Virus record (IMG/VR): IMGVR_UViG_3300037419_000445
Length of the DNA stretch: 62,274 nucleotides
Reading direction: 5' to 3' (one strand)
Origin: a virus
The notes beneath the pieces were generated by a model, which was given only the letters and a program-made list of their open reading frames with translations, made no database searches and was not told the DNA's origin. Below, one piece after another: positions 54,583 through 61,516 of this stretch; within the stretch, counting starts at the first letter, position 1; every line of letters begins with the position of its first letter. A program made the position numbers and the translations under genes.

Positions 54583-54890
54583 TGCGATGTGATGGATGCC
54601 AGCATTGGAAAAAGGAATCAGAGAACGAAGAGTGGGAGGCGAAAGAGGCTGGCTTCGGAGAGTGCCTAGCGGTGCGGGAGCGCTGGCGAATCACGGACGA
54701 GGTTTCATCAAAACCATATGAGGCAGACAGTGACGAGGAGGAAAATAGTTTCGTCGCGATGCGTACTTCAGCGCTTCAGGCAGCCCGAGCCTATGTGCAG
54801 GATGGCAGTCAGTATCGCGCCGAATTATTCACCGCACCAGACTTCTTTTGCGCGCTGTTTGATGCCGCCACGCCAGTAGGTGCGGCATGA
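54579..54890 (+). CDS. hypothetical protein
   Basis: 103-aa ORF with a GGCGGCGTGATG junction. Confidence 0.5.
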   Translation: MMRCDGCQHWKKESENEEWEAKEAGFGECLAVRERWRITDEVSSKPYEADSDEEENSFVAMRTSALQAARAYVQDGSQYRAELFTAPDFFCALFDAATPVGAA

Positions 54891-55105
54891 CTCCAACATC
54901 ATTCCCCGAGTGCAACGTAACGTACCGCCCACCTCACAACTGGTCGAACCAGTTCGCGGACGATGTACCCGTCCTCCGCACCGACGGCACTTGCGTATCG
55001 CGATGGGTGCTTAGCAAGGACGAGCTTGGCGCGCTCAACATGGGCGGCTGCATTGAACTTACGGTTGTCGGAGGCCAGCCTGCGGTTAAGTTGGAGGTGG
55101 TGTGA
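54887..55105 (+). CDS. hypothetical protein
   Basis: 72-aa ORF with an ATGA overlap. Confidence 0.45.
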   Translation: MTPTSFPECNVTYRPPHNWSNQFADDVPVLRTDGTCVSRWVLSKDELGALNMGGCIELTVVGGQPAVKLEVV

Positions 55106-55281
55106 TGATTGAGACTATTGCGCTGTTTCTAGGATATGCGGTGATGGTTTCCGGTGGCGTGGCTATTGCGATAGCAATAGCGTGGTTGTGCATGGAATTC
55201 CTCTGGCGTCGGTACGGTGATTACAAGTTGTTGCGTGATTACTTTGTCTGGAAGCGCGACAATGGGGGCGTCTCCGGTTGA
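55105..55281 (+). CDS. possible 58-aa membrane protein
   Basis: MIETIALFLGYAVMVSGGVAIAIAIAWLCMEF... with a TGATG overlap. Confidence 0.35.
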   Translation: MIETIALFLGYAVMVSGGVAIAIAIAWLCMEFLWRRYGDYKLLRDYFVWKRDNGGVSG

Positions 55282-55643
55282 CCCACCTTCCGCTCACGCC
55301 AGAAACGGTTGCGGCGGCGTATGATTTTCTCGTTCTAACGCCGCCGTACTCTGGCTGGAATCTACCAGACAGTGAAGACGTAACGTTTCGCGTGACAAAG
55401 AGGCGAGATGTGTTTGCGCGATACATCTGGGATGGTTCGCACACGATTGAAGTTTCGTCCGCGTCGGTGGGGCACACCGCGACTCTAATTGAGAAGGTTG
55501 GCCATGAACTGGTACACCTTCATCTGCGGCAGACGGGCATGGAGTCCAAAAGCAATGATCCTAACGTGCATAACGCGGCGTTTCGCAAGTGTGCCGCGCA
55601 GGCTTGTAAAATTCACGGCTGGGATTTGAAGGCGTTTTATTAG
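55278..55643 (+). CDS. SprT-like / HExxH metalloprotease-like protein
   Basis: VGHELVHLHL contains HExxH. TTG start overlapping the upstream stop. Confidence 0.45.
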   Translation: MTHLPLTPETVAAAYDFLVLTPPYSGWNLPDSEDVTFRVTKRRDVFARYIWDGSHTIEVSSASVGHTATLIEKVGHELVHLHLRQTGMESKSNDPNVHNAAFRKCAAQACKIHGWDLKAFY

Positions 55644-55652
55644 GAGAGAAAT

Positions 55653-55832
55653 ATGGGCGAAGGTACAAGGTGCGTTACCGTTGCGGATTCCGAATTGCTT
55701 GATGCCGCGCTTGCACGAATTGATATTCTTGAAATGAAAGTATCTGTTCTAGAAGCGCGTCTCGATGATTTTAATTGCTGCATTTTTGAGATGCAATACT
55801 CCTCCGCCACACAAGTTGCGGAGGCTGCGTGA
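55653..55832 (+). CDS. possible 59-aa protein
   Basis: An AGGAGA RBS precedes MGEGTRCVTVADSELLDAALARIDILEMKVSVLEARL... Confidence 0.35.
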   Translation: MGEGTRCVTVADSELLDAALARIDILEMKVSVLEARLDDFNCCIFEMQYSSATQVAEAA

Positions 55833-55896
55833 GCATAATCGAAATGGCACTGCTGATCGTCGTATTGCTCTGCGTTATCAACTTCATGGAGCCGAC

Positions 55897-56181
55897 ATGA
55901 CCCTCACCCCCGGCACTCGCGTCACCTGCATCTCAACCGACAACCTCGGCCTGCTCGGCTACGGCGACGAGGTGTATCCTACGCTTGGCGAGACCTACAC
56001 CGTGCGCGACGTCGTGCTCGATCACTTCGGCGCGGAAGGCTTGCTGCTTGCGGAGATTAGAAACGACCGCCTGCCTTACCGGGTTGGCAGTCAGATTGTG
56101 GACTTTGAGAAGCCGTTTGCGTCGTGGCGGTTTAGGCCGCTGGTTTCGGAAGAAGGTAAGAAAGAGATGGAGGCGGTTTAG
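55897..56181 (+). CDS. hypothetical protein
   Basis: MTLTPGTRVTCISTDNLGLLGYGDEVYPTLGETYTV..., an internal ATG of track ORF 55765-56181. Confidence 0.45.
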   Translation: MTLTPGTRVTCISTDNLGLLGYGDEVYPTLGETYTVRDVVLDHFGAEGLLLAEIRNDRLPYRVGSQIVDFEKPFASWRFRPLVSEEGKKEMEAV

Positions 56182-56182
56182 G

Positions 56183-56845
56183 GTGGACACAGTGAGCGCA
56201 AGAATAATGGAGGGGCGGATGTTGCCGCAGGAGAAGTCAGCCGCCGCCGAAATCGCCTCACGCATTGCTGCCGCGCAGCGCAGCAATGATGATGCCGTAG
56301 CTGTACCTGGCTTGGAGGGGAGTGGGGTCGAACAACGGTGGCGACCAGTTGATCCAATGTTCTACGCCACTCACGGTATCGGCGCGGCACCACCTGACGG
56401 GAGTTTACTCCCACCCTCCGAATGGTCGCCAACGGAAGGCAAGCCGGTTGAGACTATTGGCCAGCCGAAGGCTGCCAATAGTAACGGTCTACTAGATGAT
56501 GTCGCGCGAGCGGCCGAGCGCGTGGCGCAATGGCGCAACGAATCCAACTACACCACCCTCCGCACCATCCTAGACGCAGCCTTCGACCACGCCGCAACCG
56601 GCAAAGGCAAAGAGCGTCACGCGCGAGATCTACCGTTCGATGAGCAGCCGATGCTTGAAACAACCCGCCTTGTCGGGGCGGGATTCCCGCTCGGGCAGGC
56701 TATCAAGAAGGCTGGCGAGGCGGCCGGCATGATTGAGCGCGGGCAGTATGATGCGGCCGAAGCGGAGTGCCTTGGTGCGATCAACTACCTGGCTGGGGCG
56801 GTGGCTTGGATGAGGGAAGTTAGTGAAGGGAAGGTGGCGGCGTGA
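56183..56845 (+). CDS. protein with a dATP/dGTP diphosphohydrolase-N-like domain (tentative)
   Basis: DHAATGKGKERHARDLPFDEQPMLETTRLVGAGFPLGQAIKKAGEA...ECLGAINYLAGAV. The start is uncertain (GTG 56183, ATG 56207 or 56219). It contains the variant KAANSNG. Confidence 0.4.
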   Translation: MDTVSARIMEGRMLPQEKSAAAEIASRIAAAQRSNDDAVAVPGLEGSGVEQRWRPVDPMFYATHGIGAAPPDGSLLPPSEWSPTEGKPVETIGQPKAANSNGLLDDVARAAERVAQWRNESNYTTLRTILDAAFDHAATGKGKERHARDLPFDEQPMLETTRLVGAGFPLGQAIKKAGEAAGMIERGQYDAAEAECLGAINYLAGAVAWMREVSEGKVAA

Positions 56846-57123
56846 GCATCGGTTTCAATGACGAAGAAATGTCTGCGGCATTTCAAGCTATGCAAACTAG
56901 GAATCTCACAGATGAGATTGCTCGCCTTCGTGCAGCTCTAAATATTTATGCCGATTCTTCGAATTGGGATCGGGTGCGTACATCGGCTGGTCATGGCGAT
57001 ACCTTCCCAGTTCTTACGTGGAAAGGTCCGCGCGAAGACGCGGATTACATGGGGCCAAAGTTCGGACCTGAGTATGCGCAACGGGCTTTGGATGGTCCAG
57101 CCTCTACGCAAGTTGAGGCGTAA
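56842..57123 (+). CDS. hypothetical protein
   Basis: 93-aa ORF with a GTGA overlap. Confidence 0.45.
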   Translation: MSIGFNDEEMSAAFQAMQTRNLTDEIARLRAALNIYADSSNWDRVRTSAGHGDTFPVLTWKGPREDADYMGPKFGPEYAQRALDGPASTQVEA

Positions 57124-57386
57124 GAAATCCGGTACACTTTTCTTACACTTATCGCGCAAATGCGAGGTACCCGGCCAACACCTTTTAGCGGCCCATCAGC
57201 CGCCGCGGTGTGCCATGCGAATTATTCTTCTGGTTGCCGTTATCGCTATTGCTTCAGTCTGGTCCACGCACAGCAAGCCGGAACATCCGCCACATTATAA
57301 GGTCGAGTTCTGCCACGTTCCGGCGCAAGGCTGGTTCCTGCCGTGCAGCATGGTCGATCGGTATGAGTGGGTGTGATAAAAGAGAT

Positions 57387-57512
57387 AAGCGAGTGACTGA
57401 GATGGCTGAAAGTTGATCCCGAACTGTATAAGGGCTTGACCGCATAGAGGCTTGAGGTGGCTGCGGATAGCCAACACCAAGGGCCGCGTGGGTTCGAATC
57501 CCACCTCGCTTA
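57387..57512 (+). ncRNA. tRNA-like element with a class-II-type acceptor stem, D-arm and T-arm but no recognisable anticodon arm (126 nt)
   Basis: AAGCGAG (57387-57393) pairs perfectly with CTCGCTT (57505-57511). The D-arm is ACT-GAGATGGCTGAA-AGT. The T-arm is GTGGG-TTCGAAT-CCCAC. Between them lie 74 nt, including the hairpin CTTGaGGTGGCT-gcggat-AGCCAACacCAAG. Confidence 0.4.
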
Positions 57513-57515
57513 TGA

Positions 57516-57550
57516 CGCCCACCAACCGAAGCTGGCGGGCGTTTCTATTT
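57516..57550 (+). terminator. Rho-independent terminator after the tRNA-like element
   Basis: CGCCCaCCA-accgaagc-TGGcGGGCG followed by TTTCTATTT. Confidence 0.5.
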
Positions 57551-57613
57551 GCCTGCCCCACGCCGCCGGCTTCTTTCGCCACGGTTTGCGGGTGTGGGCG
57601 GGGTGCATCACTT

Positions 57614-57631
57614 GGTAACGCTATGGTAACG
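57614..57631. repeat. Pair of GGTAACG direct repeats in 11-bp register (arm-type integrase site candidate)
   Basis: GGTAACGctatGGTAACG. Confidence 0.4.
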
Positions 57632-57732
57632 AATAGGCTCGATGTTCTTTGTCCGTTCCCACCAAACTACAATAAATTCTCTTGTGATTTCAATGATACG
57701 GGTAATGAAACAGAAGTGGAGGCTTCTGTTGC

Positions 57733-57763
57733 CGCTAAAAGAAACCCTTATTTCATTAGGGTT
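57733..57763 (-). terminator. Possible terminator downstream of int
   Basis: The minus strand reads AACCCTaatgaaataAGGGTT followed by TCTTTT. Confidence 0.4.
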
Positions 57764-57774
57764 ATGCGTCACTC

Positions 57775-57792
57775 GGTAACTCTACGGTAACG
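57775..57792. repeat. Second pair of GGTAAC(G) direct repeats in 11-bp register
   Basis: GGTAACtctacGGTAACG, abutting the int stop codon. Confidence 0.4.
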
Positions 57793-57793
57793 A

Positions 57794-58792
57794 TTACCGA
57801 GCGTCTGCGGCAGTGTGCTGCCAGTCGGGATGATGGTGTCCATACGTCTTTTGAAACACCGTTATCGACATGCCGAGCGACTCTGCGGCCTCGTATGGAT
57901 CTACACGTTGACGCAGAAGGTGCGTTGCGCGCGAGTGACGCAACACATGTGGATGCACATCGTGAAGTTTGGATTCAGCGCGAGCTTTATTCCAGCCCTT
58001 AGCAACCCTCTCCACGCTCTTGCCGCGGTACTCCACGACGTATTTGGAGTCCGGTGACATACGACGCCAGCGCCGCAGATGGCCTATCAGGCGCCTTCCT
58101 ATGCGGACTGGCGGTGCTCGCTTCTTGGTCTGGGTGGTTCCGGGCCGCTGGCGGTAGAGAAGGCCGGCCATTAGGTCGATTTGGTCCCACTGCAACTTCA
58201 TGAGGACGGTGGCGCGACTGCCGGTGTACCAGCCAAGCAGGAAGAACCGTGCGATGTGCTCGCAGTCGGCCTGCCTACGGATATGGCGCAAGAACTTCGC
58301 GGCTTCGGGGATAGTAAGCCATCGCTGGCGCGGGAGTGGCTTTTCCGGTCGCTTTATCGTTGGTACGCGGATTGGGTGGTAGTTCTTGCTCCAATGCCTC
58401 AGGGCGGTCTCTAGGAAGCCCAGCTCACGGCGCACGGTGGTTTTACCGCCACGGTGCTTGGTGTATTTCTTGACGTTGTCGGCGGTGATTTCTGAGGCCC
58501 GCTTATCCCCCCACCACTTGCCGAGGCGAACGAGGTCGTTGCTTATGGAATCTTCCGATGGAAGCCCTTCGACATGGTCCCGCTGATAGGCAAGTATAAC
58601 ATCGCAAATTTTCGGGTTTGGGTCGCCGTCCGGCCTGTGATTTCTAGCTATGTATTCCGCAAGAGCTTTTTGCGCTGCGCTATCCTCGCCAAGAGAATAT
58701 CCTGTGCGGATACGTTTGTTTCCGTCGACGATCGTCCACGAATTTCTTGACTTGTCCTGCCAGAGGCGCGGGCCTGAACTTCTACGCGGCAT
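57794..58792 (-). CDS. int: tyrosine recombinase (phage integrase)
   Basis: RLWQDKSRNSWTIVDG at the N-terminus. The catalytic region is HVLRHSRATHLLRQRVDPYEAAESLGMSITVFQKTYGHH. Confidence 0.9.
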   Translation of the reverse strand: MPRRSSGPRLWQDKSRNSWTIVDGNKRIRTGYSLGEDSAAQKALAEYIARNHRPDGDPNPKICDVILAYQRDHVEGLPSEDSISNDLVRLGKWWGDKRASEITADNVKKYTKHRGGKTTVRRELGFLETALRHWSKNYHPIRVPTIKRPEKPLPRQRWLTIPEAAKFLRHIRRQADCEHIARFFLLGWYTGSRATVLMKLQWDQIDLMAGLLYRQRPGTTQTKKRAPPVRIGRRLIGHLRRWRRMSPDSKYVVEYRGKSVERVAKGWNKARAESKLHDVHPHVLRHSRATHLLRQRVDPYEAAESLGMSITVFQKTYGHHHPDWQHTAADAR

Positions 58793-58992
58793 AGTTCTCG
58801 CATTTCCTTGATTGCCGCCAATGTTACAAAATGCTTACCGGCGATCAACTCCAGATTTAGCCGTCCTTTGGCGTACTCCTGGCGTAATCCTGACACAGTC
58901 ATCCCCCCTGCAGGGAAGGCATATTCTAACGCACGCGCCAGTCGGAGCGGAGCGTCGTCTGGCGGTGTGTTATCATTCGCCGCCCGCGTCAT
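58648..58992 (-). CDS. Xis-like / small DNA-binding protein upstream of int
   Basis: TVSGLRQEYAKGRLNLELIAGKHFVTLAAIKEMRELC. The N-terminus is MTRAANDNTPP. It overlaps the int start by 145 nt in another frame. Confidence 0.5.
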   Translation of the reverse strand: MTRAANDNTPPDDAPLRLARALEYAFPAGGMTVSGLRQEYAKGRLNLELIAGKHFVTLAAIKEMRELCRVEVQARASGRTSQEIRGRSSTETNVSAQDILLARIAQRKKLLRNT

Positions 58993-59225
58993 CCAGCGTC
59001 CTCAGAATTGGGAGGGGAGGGGACGAGCGAGAAGCCCTTAAGCATGGTTTCAATTTCAGCAACCAGATCAGGCCATTCGCTGGCCGGTAGTTGGAAGATT
59101 TCGTCAATGCTTATTGTCGGCTGCTCCTGAGGCGAGGACTGCTCAACTCTCACCGTTGCACGATAGCCTGAGCCATCCGAATACGGCAAAAAATTCCCAA
59201 CGGCGCGTTTGAAGCAATCGCTCAT
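58989..59225 (-). CDS. hypothetical protein
   Basis: 78-aa ORF with a 4-nt overlap. Confidence 0.45.
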   Translation of the reverse strand: MSDCFKRAVGNFLPYSDGSGYRATVRVEQSSPQEQPTISIDEIFQLPASEWPDLVAEIETMLKGFSLVPSPPNSEDAG

Positions 59226-59428
59226 CCCGCATCCCTCTCTGTGAGTTCGGCGGAGAGGGCGGCAAGCTGCCTTGATGCTCGCGATTGCATGTCGCGCCAG
59301 TTCTCGGGCGTCATGCGTTCGATGTAAAATTTGAGCCAGCCAATGTGCTGTTGAACGACGTTCGGCGTTTTACTCGCCTCCGCCGCCTTCTCCAGGCGCT
59401 GTGGGGAGAGGGTCATGGCTGCATCCAT
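59222..59428 (-). CDS. hypothetical protein
   Basis: 68-aa ORF. Confidence 0.45.
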   Translation of the reverse strand: MDAAMTLSPQRLEKAAEASKTPNVVQQHIGWLKFYIERMTPENWRDMQSRASRQLAALSAELTERDAG

Positions 59429-59685
59429 TTTTCAATATCGTCAGCCGACAGCTTTTTCCAGTTCGTGATTTTGCCATCATCAATATCAATGTCGAGAATG
59501 ACGTAATCGCCGTAATGATCGCCGGGCATGAAGCCGGGGACATAGCCGTCATCCTGCGAGAAGATCGTCTCACCGTCCTGATCGATCAGATCAGCAGTGA
59601 AATTATCGCAAACCTTCAAATGCAGCTTCAGCGTCTTTGCTTTTACTGAAACAGTTTTCGTTGCTGTGATTTCAACCATCTTCAC
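59413..59685 (-). CDS. hypothetical protein
   Basis: 90-aa acidic ORF. Confidence 0.5.
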   Translation of the reverse strand: MKMVEITATKTVSVKAKTLKLHLKVCDNFTADLIDQDGETIFSQDDGYVPGFMPGDHYGDYVILDIDIDDGKITNWKKLSADDIEKWMQP

Positions 59686-60209
59686 TTCCCCTCCTTGGAC
59701 TGTTCGAGCGCGGCGGCAATCACGTAGGCATCCACACGGAAGTCCATGTGGTTCATGTCCTGATTAGCGTAATGCTCGACGACGAATGCGTGGAGTTTTT
59801 CCAGCAGCGCACACCGCTCCGTCTCTTCTGCAAGCTGGCGCTCTAGATCGGTGATGCGGGATTCGGCGGCAATGGCCCGTTCAAGAATGCCATCACCCCA
59901 CCGCTCAATGTCGAGCGGACCGGAGTATCCTGCGAGCAACATCGCATCATCTGCTGCAAGTTCGCGGGTTGCGTCATCAAGTCGAAGGTCTACACCCGGC
60001 ATCCAGAACAAAAGAGCCATTTGGAGGCGCTGAATCCAGCCCGCTTGATGCGCAATCTCCGCGTCCTTCGCTTCGAGGGCGGAGGCACTGGCGGTAAGCT
60101 GTTCGATTGCAAGGCCAATGTCCCAAGCGTCAGCTTTCGTCTCGTTTGACGCCATCAACCGAGCTTCGATCTTCCGCAGTTCGCTCATCAGATCGTCGCG
60201 CGTCGTCAT
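59682..60209 (-). CDS. hypothetical coiled-coil protein
   Basis: 175-aa ORF. Confidence 0.5.
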   Translation of the reverse strand: MTTRDDLMSELRKIEARLMASNETKADAWDIGLAIEQLTASASALEAKDAEIAHQAGWIQRLQMALLFWMPGVDLRLDDATRELAADDAMLLAGYSGPLDIERWGDGILERAIAAESRITDLERQLAEETERCALLEKLHAFVVEHYANQDMNHMDFRVDAYVIAAALEQSKEGK

Positions 60210-60212
60210 GGG

Positions 60213-60416
60213 CTATTGCTCCCCGTGGTTCGTGCGGGTGCAACTGACAAATCCCTTTAGCTCGCGTGGGGGATCGTGACGCCCTTTTGATGGATTGCAA
60301 TCAGGACAAGGAATGCCAGCATTGCACTGACAGCCGCCATCAGCCCATGGTTTGTGCGGGTGAGATTCGCAGACCCAAAAGTGATCTTCACAACGAACAC
60401 AGCTAATAGCCATCAC
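60213..60416 (-). CDS. small Cys-rich (zinc-finger-like) protein
   Basis: CVRCEDHFWVCESHPH...CQCNAGIPCPDC. Confidence 0.45.
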   Translation of the reverse strand: MMAISCVRCEDHFWVCESHPHKPWADGGCQCNAGIPCPDCNPSKGRHDPPRELKGFVSCTRTNHGEQ

Positions 60417-61516
60417 GTCCTCCCTTCGATCAGAGCGATGATGGCGTCGGTGATCGCTGTGATTAGATCATCGTTTTCTGCGCAAGCGAGTTCTGCCCCG
60501 GTCGCTGGGTTTAGTATCTGACAAGCATAAAGTGGCTCATCCGGTCGCGTCTTCCCCTTGCCGATCAACCAGTACAGATCGCTAGGAATTTTGTTCAATG
60601 CTGCCTCAAGCGCCAGCGCCTCCCGGTCCAGCGAGACGGGGCGGGTGTAGACCGGCGTGTAAATATGCTGGAAGCGACTCTCGACAGACGCAAACTCTGG
60701 CGGACCGACAAAATAATATCCGTTCTCGCCCGCCTTTGCGAACAAGTAGCCGAACGGCGCAACCGCCTGCGGTTCTTGTGCGGGGGCTGACGGGGCATTA
60801 TGTCGATATTCGTCACCCGTGCCACCACACTCATTACACCGACCTGCTTGCATTGGATTGGATAGATTTTCGCCAGTTCCCTTGCATGCCGGGCATTTAT
60901 TTCCTGTCCACCCTTCCGTCCCGCCGCCGGGGGCTGCGGATTGGGCAAGAAATGCATCACACTTATTGAGGGCCTGAAGAAGGACGCAGGCTGGGTCACT
61001 GCATCCCATGTCCATGCTGTATTCAATGGCTAGACGACATGCCTCAATCGTCTGTCTCGCCACGTCCGCGCTCGGTGGCGTGGGGGTGGCGGCGAGCCTT
61101 CGGATTATTTCCTGGTATCGACCGCAAATCTTTCGTGCCAACTCAGGCGTAAAATCAGCATCTTCATCAGGAAGCGCAGGAAGCGTCAGACCATTCCCCG
61201 CCTTCTCTGCCGGGGCGAGGGCGGCTTCTATGCCAGATATTACGCCGTTAATCGCGTCCTCTAGGATAGCTTGTTCATGTTCGTTCGGCTTGTAATCTTG
61301 GTCAGCACGAAATTCGTAATCAGAAACATACTGATGCACGTCGAACTCATGCAGCACGTCCCGCGCCCCATCGCCTGGTGATGTGGCGGAGAGGCGAACA
61401 AGAGGCCATAACATCGCTGCTTTGCGTTTGGCGTGTGAGTAGTCCTGAACCTGATAAATGAAGTCTGCCAATTCATCTTCATTCGCCAGCGCGGCGATTT
61501 CATCGGGGCGGGTCAT
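60413..61516 (-). CDS. hypothetical protein with a DnaJ-type CxxCxGxG zinc-finger pair
   Basis: CPACKGTGENLSNPMQAGRCNECGGTGDEY. Confidence 0.55.
   Translation of the reverse strand: MTRPDEIAALANEDELADFIYQVQDYSHAKRKAAMLWPLVRLSATSPGDGARDVLHEFDVHQYVSDYEFRADQDYKPNEHEQAILEDAINGVISGIEAALAPAEKAGNGLTLPALPDEDADFTPELARKICGRYQEIIRRLAATPTPPSADVARQTIEACRLAIEYSMDMGCSDPACVLLQALNKCDAFLAQSAAPGGGTEGWTGNKCPACKGTGENLSNPMQAGRCNECGGTGDEYRHNAPSAPAQEPQAVAPFGYLFAKAGENGYYFVGPPEFASVESRFQHIYTPVYTRPVSLDREALALEAALNKIPSDLYWLIGKGKTRPDEPLYACQILNPATGAELACAENDDLITAITDAIIALIEGRT

Noticed and set aside
57387-57512. Canonical tRNA (Ser, Leu or Sec) or the tmRNA tRNA-like domain.
   Set aside because: At 126 nt it is too long, and no 5-bp stem with a 7-nt loop and U33 can be drawn. 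The 8/5 Sec geometry is absent. The tmRNA D-loop analogue, tag ORF and pseudoknots are also absent. It is therefore reported only as tRNA-like.
3323-58980. ANDN-coding sites interpreted as a dispersed DNA repeat, protein-binding DNA word or miniature mobile element.
   Set aside because: Third-codon positions vary freely (GCC/GCA/GCG, AAC/AAT, GAC/GAT) and flanking nucleotides are unrelated. Every copy is in frame and follows the coding strand, including the one minus-strand case. The constraint is therefore on the peptide.
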